Under the pieces are notes generated by a model, which was not told where the DNA came from, made no database searches, and worked only from the letters and a program-made list of their open reading frames with translations. This document shows, piece after piece, positions 11,002 to 23,923 of a stretch of DNA of 35,771 nucleotides; position 1 is the first letter of the stretch; each line of letters opens with the position of its first letter. Source of the DNA: Parasitella parasitica NRRL 2501 (lineage: Eukaryota; Fungi; Mucoromycota); the NCBI GenBank assembly GCA_025201805.1, contig MU619400.1, forward strand, positions 1-35,771, given 5' to 3'. The position numbers and the translations under genes are program-made.

Positions 11002-12199
11002 GACTTACTCAAAGCCTTCCAAACCATTAAAAACCTGTGCTATTTTCTATCAGTTTAACTCTAGCATACATAGTAACAATCTTGGCATTGAAGCTTTATG
11101 CGATTCAAGTGCTACTATATACAGATATACATAGTTTCACGGCAGCAGGGAAATTTATGTATTTAAAGCAACTCATTGCACGAAATTTCTTGAAACACGA
11201 AATGGAATTTTCTGTGCCCGTACACATAGAATGTCATGATACATGATTTTTGGTTGATTTACATACGTTTTTTAAACGAAATACACTTTATTTTAAGTTG
11301 CGTCTTGCTATCGCAAGTATCTAAAAAATATGTTATGATATTAAAAACAAAATGTTAATGTCAGCCCTCTCGTTAGATACACCGCATGGGCACAGTAAAA
11401 CAGTACACTGGATTGAGTAAATGTGTATGATATACAGGTGCTGCCTAGCACAGAGCCCCTATTTGACTACATATGACTAGAGCATATAACAAGTACGCAT
11501 CAATGAATGATGCAGGCTAATTAACTCACTTCTACCAGTGAATGAATGAATTCTATAAACAATGAAATAGTAAACATATAATTCGCGAGTAAAACGAGAA
11601 GGTGTAAAGTCTTATACTCTACACCTTGGATAAACAGATAAAACTGAGTTATCCAGTACCTGGAAGCGATTTTTAATGCAGTTTTAATATTTTTAAAAGA
11701 AATTCAAGTAAATTCTCTTGATGGCAAACAGAAATAAAAAAAAAGCCTAAAATATTTACTAAGGCATCCATATGTTAGTGATGAATACTTTAGAAAAAGA
11801 AGAGGTCAAGTGCCAAAGATACAGTAGGTTCATTTCAATATTTCTGGTTGTAAGTATGATGAATAAAAATCAAGTCAAGCAAGTAGATTTGCATTAGAAA
11901 TGAAGCAATCACAAAGTAAATAGATACTTTGCATTGTCTGTATGTGCTTGAATAATCGCTATGCTTTTGGGCCTGGAAGCATAATGAGCCAATCCATTTG
12001 ACCGAATATACGAGACCTTCATCTTCAAGATGTTATAAGGTGTTTGATGAGTGTTACTGAAGATGTCTAAAAGGGAAATAAACAGACGTCTCAATTTGAA
12101 TTAGAGAAGGATTAGGTTTATATTAATTTTGAAGAGGAGGTCTTTTCTTCCCTTTCACTTCATCTTTTGTACCCCTTCCTTTTTTTTTTATACCAGCAA

Positions 12200-15100
12200 A
12201 TGATAAAAGATACCCAAGGACAGACTGCGACTGTTCAAGTAGGTATGTTTATGGACATTTTCAAACAATAGCAGCAGCTCATGTCATCCACATTGTAGCT
12301 CTGAGAATTCGTCCTTTGACTGAGCGTGACCGAGCGCAACCTCGGTTTGCAAATTCCTCGAATAGCGATGTGTTGAGAGCACAAGAAAACCATGTTCAAA
12401 TAGTATCCCAAAATAAATACTTTACATACGATCATGTCTTTGCACCAGAGACACAACAGGGCGATATTTTTGCTCAACTAGGACAAAAACCAGTACAGAA
12501 ATTTGTGGAAGGTATGCAAACCAATACATTTCTAGTTCAGAATCTAAAATATCATGTATAGGCTATAATGTCACGATGTTGGCCTATGTAGATATTTGCT
12601 TGTTTTATCGTCAGTATGGAATAGTTAAACCTTTTTTAATAGGGACAAACGTCATCTGGAAAAACTTATACTATGGGAACTGCTCAGCACACTGACGCAA
12701 CAGATCCTGAAGAAGATGGCATTGTACCAAGAGCAATGGCTCTCTTGTTTGACATACTTCAACAGCAGCAACACATTGAGCTACCACAAAGCTCGCCAGT
12801 TTCATCGATAAACGGAAAGAGCAATTTACGCCCTCTATCACAGGTTCTTCACTCGAATCAACAACAGCAACAAAAATCAGTATACCGATATTCTGTCAAG
12901 GTTTCTTTTGTTGAAATCTATAATGAAGAATTAATTGATTTACTCAATTCGGCACATCCGTCAGAAAAACCACCAGTAACTATTCGAGAGGACACAAAAG
13001 GACATATTTACTGGACAGGTGTGAAGGAAGTGGTTGTCCATAATACGGATGATGTTTTATAGTATGGTCTCTAATGATAAATTACTGCAGATCAGACATT
13101 AACTTGCCTTTTGACAGTTTCTTGCAGCAAGGCACAGAAAATCGTGCTACAGGCTCGACTGATATGAACGAGAAATCCTCTAGATCTCATGCTATCTTTT
13201 CTGTAACACTCAAGCAGGAGCGTTGGGTTCCCACATCACCACAGCCTAGTAGAGCAGCCAGCCCAATTTTAACAAAGCTTCAGCAAGCAAAGCAACAGCA
13301 GAGGCTATCTGTCACCGGACGACCTGCCTCCAATTCTATTTCTGAGGATGGGGATTGGATTATCACTAGCTCAAAATTTCATTTTGTGGATTTGGCTGGT
13401 AGTGAAAGAGTATGTCGTCGCAGCGCAAGATGCAATGAATATCTATACATAGACTAATAATATGACCGTAGCTAAAAAGAACAGCAGCAGAGGGAGACAG
13501 AAGAAAAGAAGGTATCAATATTAACGCAGGCTTGCTTGCCTTGGGTAATGTTATCTCTGCGCTTGGTGATCCCTCAAAGAAAAGCACCCATGTCCCATAT
13601 CGTGATTCAAAATTAACAAGACTGTTGCAAGATTCGCTTGGTGGGAGCGCCATGACTCTTATGATTGCGTGTGTGAGTCCTGCTGAATCCAATCTCTCAG
13701 AAACATTGAACACTCTTCAGTATGCAAATCGAGCTCGAAACATCAAGAACAAAATGGAAAAGAATGAGATGGAGGAGTGGATGACAACAGATAATCTCGA
13801 TGTACTGAGGTCAACAATCACAAAGCTAAAAAACGAGCTGCGCAATGTAAAATCTACGCCTACGAGCAATAGTATAGCTAGTAATAAGCTACAGCAGCAT
13901 TCAGAGTTTGATGACTTTTCATCCACTGGCAGTCCTATTGCCAATCCTGATTTTGATGATCTGTATCATCAACAACATGTCATGATTGCAGATTTACAGC
14001 AACAAATAGAAGAGTTGCAGGGTACAGCAGATTTTATAAAGGAGCGAAACATGGTGGTGGAGAAAGAACTTGTTCGACTGCATCAGGAAAGGCCAAACCC
14101 TGCTGATCAAAGTTTTCAGCATTTGGTAGAGCCTGTCATTGAAGAGTACGAGAAAAGCATTTCTGGCCTGGAATCTCAACTAGCCCTGATCCGTGCTGCC
14201 CTCAGTCATTCAGATCAAGGCTTTGAAGAGCAGCAATTAAAGATTGAGCAGCTCGAAATTGTTTTGGAAAGCCAAGAAAAGACTATTAATGAACTACGTA
14301 GACGGGTGGGCAAATTACTCGAAAGAAGACTGAAAGACGAGACTTATATCACAGAACTGGAGAAGAAACTCATGGCTGCCGTAGAAGAAACTGTGCACGA
14401 CCGAGAGATGCTGAGTGAACTAAGAGGAAAGATCCTCAAGTTAAAAGAAGTAGATGAAAGCACAGAGCAATATATTCATGATCTAGAGGGACGATTGACT
14501 GCCAGCGAAACAGAGCGTACGGAATTGAAAGAAAAATTGAGCAAACTCTTGATATCTACAAAAGAAGAAACAGCCGAAAATGAAGAGGAAAAAGCGATTG
14601 TAGATCAAGGGTATCAAAAAGAGATACAGGAATTAAAAGAAAAACACGAGGCGAGCGAAAATGAACGTCAAAAATTACAGAACCAAGTTGAACAGCTATC
14701 ACTTGCAAATAATGAAAATGAAGCAAAAGATATTTCGATAGCTACAAGAAATTTTACAGCCTCAGAAGAAATATTTGCAAAAGATCAACGTATCGCAGAA
14801 CTTGAGTCGAGTTTTGCTAATTTGCAGCAAGATCATCAAGATACCCTAAAAGAATTAGATGAAGTGCTAGTGAGGTATCAGGAAGCTCTTGAGAATGCTG
14901 ATTCAAATGATCAGCAAAATAACAATAATCAAGATAATCAACAGGAGGTCCAATTGCTCCGGGAATCGATTCAACATTTGGAGCATGAATTGGATATGTC
15001 AACTAGAAGAGAGATTATTTTCAGACAAATGTCAGAGGAGCATAACGAATCTGCTCAAGTAGAGAGATCACTGCAAAACCTTGAAATATCTAACGACAAT

Positions 15101-16126
15101 GCATTATCTGTAGACGTATCCACATCAAACGAGACAAGCGCACAAAAGCAAATAAACAATGAATTTGTTTTAGAAACCTTTGATGCACTCCAAAAGAAAT
15201 ACCAACATATCAAAACAGAACTTCAATTGCAAAATATCAGGGTTCAAGACGAAGATGACCTTTCCGAGGAAACTATGCTTGACATTCATACAAAATATGA
15301 GACTCAAATATTGCAATATAAGCGTGAACTAAAGAATCTCACAAGGGTTTTGAAAGAAATTAAAAAAATCAAGGCAACTGAACTTAAATCGTCCCATCCT
15401 GGTGCAGCTGCAAATCCAGAACATAAAATTTTGATGAAAAGCATTCAAAGCCTGGACAAACAATTGACAGAACACTACGATAAAATCAGATCGGAAGCAA
15501 AACGGTTTTCAAACGATGTATTAGACATGATATCTCATAACAATGGATTGAAGAGTGAACTTAGTGCACTCAAATCGAGAGAATCTGATCCAGCTAATAG
15601 TTATGATAACTTTTCATCACCTAACCAACTTGAGCGTAATACAAATTCTGGTGTACACAGCAATAATTCGTCATTGCCATCTTCGCCTCGCACCAGAAGC
15701 TCCTTAATTCGGCCTCCCACAAATTTTAATGCAGGCAACCACAGTAACAAGTCATCCATTGTTAATATAGGCAGCAACAACAGCATAGATGACAGTATCA
15801 GTTTTCATAGCAATACCAATGATTTACCACCATCTCCTTCATCAGCTGATCTGATTTCACAGTATGAGAAAAATCGGTATGCTTTATCAACAAGACTTTC
15901 AATTGCAAAGCAAGACCTCAGAGCCCATCAAACAGTCATCTCTGCTCTCGAACACAAACTCAAAACAACTGAAATAGCAATCAATACATGCAACAAACGT
16001 ATAGATGGCATAGACCCGGTAACTGATAGAGAGATTGAAGAACTCATGTCTAAAATGGACGCCATGAAAATTCAACTTGAATCAACTGAGAAACTAGAGC
16101 GAAAATCGGTATTAGATCAGCAGTAA
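12200..16126 (+). CDS. Kinesin-4-like (KIF4/KIF21-type) N-terminal motor protein with long coiled-coil tail, 6 exons
   Basis: VQV/ALRIRP, FTYDHVF, P-loop [27 protein letters not shown], switch I NEKSSRSH, switch [47 protein letters not shown], followed by an E/K/Q-rich heptad tail. Confidence 0.92.
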
Positions 16127-17394
16127 TAGAGATTTTCTATAAGCAATTTATACATACCAAATGCATTGTTTAGCTTCTTACAATATCAAAAAAGAAAGTA
16201 GTATATTTATACCGTACACATATATAACACTTATATAATATCTATTGAACATATACAACGATTATTTATCTATACAAATTATGAAAAGCCGCCTTCTAAT
16301 AAAGTCTTTTATGTCGTATTTAGATGATAATACATAGTATATATATATTCTACGCTCACAACATATATAATAGACAAAAACCAACTAACCATCAACCAGG
16401 CATTAATTTAAGATGATGCATTCACCAATAATATGGTATTATTATAGTCATCACTTCTGCATTAAAAAAATCAAATTATATACGTAAACGAAGTATACTA
16501 TTATTGTGCTATTATATAATGAGTGATGGTATGGACCTACACCTATAAAATGCCTTATTTATAACAAATAGTTGAAATGCTATGCATGATGGCAACCACG
16601 GTATTTTATGGATACAACACTGTATAAATGAAAAATTAAGTTGTCATGGCAACCGTTCCTGATTGGATTTATTATAAAATGCTAAATACCGAATGTCTGT
16701 ATTATTGAATTAATCATCTATAAAAAACTCAAAAATTCATATTTGTTAGCTGATGTGAAAAAATACAAATAGATTTGGCTCTTAACTGTAATATGCAAAC
16801 CCCCCCCCCCCCGTTTTGCAATTATAACTTGTTATAGAGACATTGCCCAGTAGAAATTAATTTACGCTCAGAAAGCAAAGATTATGCTTGATTTGATGTC
16901 GCATAAGACAGGCTTTATTTTGCTCTTTAACGGAAAGTATCAGTGATTAGATGCAATTTTGATGATATGTGATTTTGTAATATTATCTGATAATTTTATG
17001 GATTTTAATAGAAACATAGATGCAAATGTTGTTGCCAAATAGCGCCAAGTCAATGCTAAGTTTTCCAAGTTCGATCTCGGTTCTACCATCAAGATAGCAG
17101 AAGTTATAAGAAAATATTTGGTATTTATGATATATTATGAAAATAAAAGCTGTTTTTGCAGAAGGCAACTTTTGATATAAGCACATCGCCCAGTGGAACT
17201 CAAGTGGGGCGTATAAGATAGCCTTGATTATGCTCGTGTTACTTTAGTTTAAAATAAGTAACGATTTGGTTTGCATCAAAAATTACTAACATTTACATGT
17301 ATTTCTTAATTGAAAACCACTGTTTTCTGCTGATAACTACTACTATGTATTTTTTAAAGCTTTAGCAAGTTTTTTCATGGATCAGCAACGCTAT

Positions 17395-17821
17395 TATCAC
17401 ACGATCCCGAGTTAATAATGCCGACATCAATCTATCCGGGATTTATTATTGTATCCATATAAAGGTTATATATATCATATCTAATGTAGTCATCATCTAC
17501 GAATCCTGATATTGATTGTTGGTAATTCATTTACAAATAAGGAATAAGCTACAAGTCGTAATTGAACCTCTTGCAAGGCTCTAGGCTTATTCAAAGATTT
17601 ACATCAGATCGCGGGATGTCGGGGAGACATCTTCTCTTTAAAGTAAAGCAGAAGAGTAGTGACACTTCTTGTCAAACATCAGATGTTATGTGGATAAATA
17701 TTGATTAGGATATATTTTAGTATAAATAGAGATCATATCTTATGTCAATAAAAGTCTTGGTTGGTTTTTTTCATATCGCATTTACAGAACACTTCACTGC
17801 GCCCTTTACACTGGCATAACA
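17395..17821 (+). mobile_element. Solo LTR-like repeat, copy 2 (~427 bp)
   Basis: Homologous to 110-609. Has TATAAATAG followed by AATAAA and ends CTGGCATAACA. Flanked by near-identical 5-mers GCTAT (17390-17394) and GTTAT (17822-17826), a possible aged TSD. The 5' end reads TA instead of TG. Confidence 0.6.
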
Positions 17822-17982
17822 GTTATAATGCTTGATGAAGAGAAGCCAAAGAGCATGATGCCCAACTTTTCAAAAATGTTGCATTGAAAGCTTGTTGAAC
17901 AAAGAGTCCTTGATTAATGAAAGCAATAGTTTTAATTACGCCATATTCTTGGTTTAATTACTATAGGATCTGCATTATAGAT

Positions 17983-19506
17983 TTATTTGCTCGTTGGTTG
18001 CAGAAACTCTGGCTCACCTGGAAGCCACTTTCTCAACACGTTTGGCACACGAACTGATCCATCTTCTTGTTGAAAGGTTTCTAATATAGCTATAATCACC
18101 CGTGGCACAGCAATGGCAGTTCCATTCAATGTGTGGCAGAATTGAGTATTTTTGTCAGTATGGTATTTAGGTCTATAACGAATCGACAATCTACGAGACT
18201 GATAATCTGTGCAATTAGACGTAGAGGATATCTATAGGCAAACAAGTTAATTTCCCTATTATTTCTTACAATTACTACATAGACGAAATACCTCTCCCCA
18301 CTTTGCCCTTCCTGGCATCCAAGCTTCCATATCATATTTTCTATAAGCACTTGCTCCTAATTCTTCTGTTGGCATATCTAGGACTCTACCAAAACGTCAA
18401 TGCTCAATGACTTTGCTCGAACCATGGAAAAAACGAGAAAAAAAAAGTACACACCTAAAGCATAGTCCTAATTCAGCAAACATTTCTTCTTGCAAAGATT
18501 TAATTTCCTCCATCATTTCCTCGCTTTGATCTGGTTTAGTTACAGCGAACAACTCGACCTTTGAAAACTGATGCACTCGATACAGCCCTTTTGTCTCCAA
18601 TCCTCTTCCACCTGCTTCTGTTCTGAAAGCATGGCCGAAACCAACTAATTTCTGTGGTAGGTCTTGTTCATTCAAAATCTTGGTTGCAAATTTACCGGCT
18701 AATGGAATCTCTGCAGTCCCGGCCAAACATAATCCAGTGTCTGCCGATGATTTTGTAGTAATGTCGTAGACCTGAGAGCTCTCCCCACGACGAGGTTGGA
18801 ATCCGCATCCGTATGCCATCTGTGTTCTTACTATGTCAGGAGTCAATACACCTATAAATCCTTTACTGGCTGCCTTTTGCATAGCATATTGTATCAACGC
18901 CAGCTCTAAAAACGCTCCCATGCCTTGCAAATAGTAAAAACTGGATCCACTTGTAATAGCAGCTTGCTCTAGATCCAGTATGTTCAGATCCGAGGCTATA
19001 GTGACATGATCTTTTTGGCCTTTAGAAGGTGCTCCTACTACTTTAATGATGCGTGCATTTTCTTCAGATCCAATAGGAGAATTTTCATGTGTCTCGTTTG
19101 GGATCATGAGGGCTCGCTCGAGTAGCTGTGTCTCAGTTTGGTTCAGTTGCTCCTCACAATATTTAATGTCTAGCTTCAGCTGCTTTCCTTGTTGGATAAA
19201 TTCTGCTCGTTCTGCCTTTCTTGTGGTTGCTCGAGTAGCTAAAGAGAGATCATTCCTTTTTGTTTTAAGAGAAACAAGGTTTTTATAAAGATTTAAGCGT
19301 TGTTGATTGAGTTGCGTGAATCGATTCATATCTATTTTATCATAATTTCTATTTTGCATGTTTTTTTCAATTGTCAAAGCATTTTCTGCTAGTCGAGTGA
19401 AGTCGAACTTCGGTTGGATGTGGAACTCGTTTTTTAGTTGCTGCGTTGTTGTCGAATAACATTGCTTAGCAGCTTGGTTCTTCCACGCAAGATGTTTCAA
19501 CATCAT
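17983..19506 (-). CDS. DIA4: Mitochondrial seryl-tRNA synthetase, 3 exons
   Basis: Presequence-like N-terminus and coiled-coil arm. Motifs: [11 protein letters not shown], motif 2 [25 protein letters not shown], spliced [40 protein letters not shown], motif 3 [12 protein letters not shown]. Confidence 0.92.
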
Positions 19507-20048
19507 TTGTTTGTACCAGGGTTAAGAAAATGTTGGAAGAACCTTCTGTCAGTCTTTTTGGCTCTTTAAAATAAACATACTGAGTTTGAAGGAACCGACA
19601 TGGCATTTGTAAATGTATATCCCCGTTTTGAAGAACCATCGACATCTTGTACGAGACAAGGACTAGCCTCAATAGGCAGCACTTCAAAGAGCCTATCTCA
19701 AACCAACTATCAGTTACATTGAAATGAAACATGGCTAAAAGTAGGACAAAGAACCCAATTTATTTGGGCTATTTGGATGGCCACAGCAATGTTCCACTCC
19801 GCCTTGGTTTTTTGATATTAAACAAAAATAGGAGAAGCTTAAAGGTGGTTTTAATTTTCTCTCTTTTTTTATCTTTCTTCTTCTTCTTCCATTCTGCACA
19901 AGAATCCTGTAGATATTAGTACCTACTACCTTTTGTTTTTTTTTGTTTTTTGAATTAGAAATATAATCTTGTCGCAAAAGCGCTCCATTTTGCATCCTGC
20001 TGCCCCAACTTCAAGCGACAACAATCATTTAAAAATAGAAAATTCATC

Positions 20049-21631
20049 ATGGCAGGCTTATCTATTAATACTTCAAAGTTTGCGGCAAAATCAATGACAT
20101 TTTGCTTTTATGTATCGGGCCATGGTAAATTTACTGAGTACATCGGTGACAACGGCTAGGTATTAATATCCTTTTTACAATAGGATGGGGCCACGCTACT
20201 CGGGCCAATCAAGTTATCATGGATATTTTGAAACTACCAGCTCATCACAAAGTGTATGTGATCTCTACAGCCACTGATTTTATTTTTCAAGGCGTGATTG
20301 AATTAGGAGCTTTTTATCGACATGCAGATATCGACGCTGGTGTGGTTCAGCCACTCCCGTATACGGTTGATCGTGAACAAACTATCAGAAATTTGAGATC
20401 ATTTTTATCGAGACGATCCATCACATTAGAAAATGAAGTTAGCTGGCTGAAGCAAGTTGAAGCGGATTGCGTTATATGCGATGCCCCGTTTTTGCCATGG
20501 TAAGCTTTGGAGACGAGAGCTGATGATTGTTCGCTGACTGTTTTTTTGGGGGGGTAAATTAGCGCTGCCGCTCAAAGAGTAGGCATACCAGCTGTCATTT
20601 CGAGCAATTTCACATTTGACGAAGTCTACTATGGGCTTTGTGAAGGAGATGAGCTAGATCAGGATATTCATAAGATGGTGCAACGAGTCATTTCGGATTA
20701 CCACCATGCAGATTTACTGATTCGTTTGCCAGGCGCTATTCGCATCCCATCTTTCGACGATGCGATGGGGCTTGTTCCTCATACACCCTTTGATACCAAT
20801 TTCCCCGAGACCCAGCAACACAAAGGCGTGGCTAATGGCAAAACACAGCTGCCTTGCACTAGCGTCTCAAACGTCCAACACACACACCGAAATTCCCCAT
20901 TCGTACGTCGGATTATTGATGTTCCCCTTGTTTTTCGCAAATACAAGCAGTCTCGGCAAAAAACGTTGGACCAAGTCGGTATACCCGAGATTGTCTATAA
21001 CACCCACAAAATCCTCTTACTCTCATTTGGCGGACAGCTGCTGGGTAACGATGGCGGGTTGAAAGGAAATCCACTGCCTCCTGGCTGGATTTGTATTGTA
21101 TGTGCTGCACCAGATTCGGTCGAGATGCCAGCGGGATTTTATAGAGCTGCAAAAGATGCCTACGTGCCTGATTTAACTCATGCCAGCGATGTTCTTTTGG
21201 GTAAATTAGGCTACGGAACTTGCTCTGAATGTATCGGCCATAGCACTCCATTTGTTTACGTACCAAGGCCTCAATTTATCGAAGAGCACGGATTATTAAA
21301 GCTGATGTCAGATCAAGGTAGCGCTGTTGAACTGTCCCGTCAAGATTTTGAAGCTGGAAATTGGGCTCCTGCTATAGAGGCCGCTTCTCAGATGACAGGT
21401 ACGTGCAAGGAAGCTCAACTAAGAGTTCCTCACAACGGAGGCGAAATCGCGGCACAAAATATAGAGAAATTTGTGGTGGAGTGGAATCAATACCATCGTA
21501 AAACATCTATGCCACAACTCAAGCTATCTCCTTCAGCCATTACTGCCGCCGCTGGCAAGGTCACTGTTCATTCAGCTACATCAGCTACCACACCACAGCC
21601 CAACTCTATATTTGTAAGTGTAGACAGATAG
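20049..21631 (+). CDS. GT-B glycosyltransferase-like protein homologous to the N-terminal domain of plant L-arabinokinase, lacking the GHMP kinase domain, 3 exons
   Basis: FCFYVSGHG/WGHATR, DAGVVQP..TVDR, SNFTFD, LIRLPG, LLSFGGQ, YVPDLTHASDVLLGKLGYGTCSE and PFVYVPRPQFIEE match my recollection of the ARA1 N-terminal motifs. The ORF ends after a low-complexity tail. Confidence 0.8.
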
Positions 21632-21641
21632 ATTCTCTTTA

Positions 21642-23744
21642 TTATGAATTTAGAACTAGTAATTCATCGCCACGATTGATACCATAAAACTTCAAATCCC
21701 TTAAATCATCCGTTATATCCATTATCATTAAATCTCGATCACTGCTATTTTCAACTGACTGTAATAAAATCAATTGCTGCTTTGCCGCAGGTACTTTAAG
21801 TAATTTCTGTATCATGTGTTTGACATTTCTTATCGTCATTGTACGCAAAAATTTCTTTGAAGTAGATGTGCGTATCAGAGGTAAGTTTTTCTTTTGTGTG
21901 ATTAGCATCAAGTCGTCCACAGATGTTACATTTCGTGTTGTTAATGTAATGTCGATCAGTCTGTCCTTGAGAGCAGTTGATGAGGCTGATTTGGATGATT
22001 GCAGGTTGGGCTGGCCATGCTCTGGAAAGCAGATTGTTAGTTGCAAATATCGCGTCATCTCTTTTCTATGTGTACCTGCGCATAGTTCAGCATATCTAGG
22101 ATGGTTTAAAGCTATCTCTTCATGCGTGGAGCCATCTTTTGCACATGATAGGATATAATACCTCTCCAGATCGATTCTCTCTCTATTGGTCAACTGATGT
22201 ATATTTGTTTAGACGGAGTTAGTGCCACTATCAGAAACAAAAGAGGCTTACTGTGTTTCCATTCACATTTGATAGGCTTTTGATTCTGCCAACAATATGC
22301 GCAGCTTCTAATTCTTTATCCATACCTTATTTAGCAGTGTCGTGAGCGAAGATAGTTGTTTATCCACTTAAAAGTTACTTACCTTCGAAGATGGGATTTT
22401 TTTTGCAGCGCAATTTAGTCAGATTTGATAACTTGTTCAATTCGTTCAAACTTTTCCAATTATCAATCGAATTGCATTCAATACGGAGGACTGCCAAGTG
22501 GGGAAACATGCCGTCTGCGGGGATATCAATTGATTTCAGCCGATTGTTGTTCAAATAGAGCGTCTCCAAGCTATGGGGGGGGGGAGGGTGACGACTTTTA
22601 ATAATCATTATCGCTTCAAAACAAAAAGATGGAGCGTACCTGGGTAGAGCATCACTGAGTTTATTGATCTGGCCACTCCAATCACTGATTAAATTATCTT
22701 CCAGATTAAGATGTTTTAAATGTGGAAATTTGAACTCGCCAAGCTGAGACAGTTCATTTCCGCCCAAATGTAAATCCTGTAGTTGCGGCAATGCTGCTGC
22801 AAGAATATCAATGTGTTGCCACGCTATCAGAGTCTGGTTCAGGGACAGCATTGAGAGTTGAAAGGACTTTAGCTTGATGTTGGGACACGATAGGCGGGAT
22901 TGACTGTATGTGTATAAAAATAAGCATTAGCGTCTATCGACAGAGAATACAATCGATCGAATTTCGTACTTTAGTCGTAACGTTTTCAGATGAGGTAGTT
23001 GTGATATTATATCAAACACAGTATCCCAATCAGCGATCAAGTCCCGAGACAGATCCAAATCTTCAATAGCTGCATGGAAAGAAAGAGAGATCAGTAAACA
23101 CTTTGTTGACACATGAAAAAAAAAAAAAGCGTTACTTAATTGAGCTTCTTTAATATTCGTGCCTGCAGACGAGATCAGATGCTCAGCTAATCCGACCACT
23201 TTGAGGCTGTTCAACTGTCTAACCCAACATAACAGCATGTGAATATCAAATGCTAACTTCTGATCTTTTCCATATTACCTCTGTGCCTTTTGGATTTTAT
23301 CAAAGCCATATGTTTCCACCACAATCTGCCTATTTCCTCCAAAATAGAGCTCGCCAATGTCTTTTGTTTTGTCGTAGTGTCTTTCATGTATAGTTGAAAT
23401 GTCGCCGTCTCTGGTCAAATACCGTGCTTCCAACGCGTCCATGAATGTGATGCCGGTCATTACCTTTTCTGAATGAAATCGAATGAATGATCCAGAAGCT
23501 GGGTATCTAAGTGCAAGGTCAGCAGGTGATACATTGCTTCCGTTGCTAAAACGTACCTGCAACTGAAGTACTCTGTGCCCTGATGTGTGCCGTTATGCTT
23601 TCCTCTGTTGGGATCATCCCACTCGACCCCAAGCCAATCGCCTTTTGTATCCTTGACTGTACCTATAAAGCGCACAGTAGCTCTGTCTTTGCCGACCTGA
23701 ATACGGCTCCCAACATGTAAATGATTAGGGACACTAGCAGACAT
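21642..23744 (-). CDS. TBCE: Tubulin-specific chaperone E (CAP-Gly, LRR, ubiquitin-like)
   Basis: CAP-Gly ATVRFIG..WLGVEWDDPNRGKHNG, LRR repeats (LDLSRDLI, LHLGGNEL, LNLEDNLI, LYLNNNRL), ERIDLERYY and a C-terminal UBL ending DDLRDLKFYGINRGDELLV. Multiple introns. Confidence 0.92.
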
Positions 23745-23923
23745 GATTAAAAGAAAGAGAAGAAGGCTGCAAAATGCGACAGCCCTGCCAAAGACTGATC
23801 AAAATGCGGCAATTCAAGGAACGCACAACCAAATTTTGTTTTGTAAATTATATGTTTGAATGTTGATAATTTATTTGGATGCAATTTATAGATTTGTTAG
23901 AAAAGAAAATGTAGTGAAAATAT

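Noticed and set aside
19466-19995. Short ORFs between SerRS and the GT-like gene
   Set aside because: They have no recognisable motifs and lie in a divergent promoter containing low-complexity T/C tracts; they are probably spurious.
20166-20175. ATATCCTT as a U12-type (minor) intron donor
   Set aside because: It lies near the 3' end of an ordinary GT-AG intron whose removal already gives the conserved GHGWGH motif.
20500-20562. TGATGA...CTGA in intron 2 of the GT-like gene as a C/D snoRNA
   Set aside because: The boxes are only 7 nt apart, and CTGAC is better explained as the branch point.
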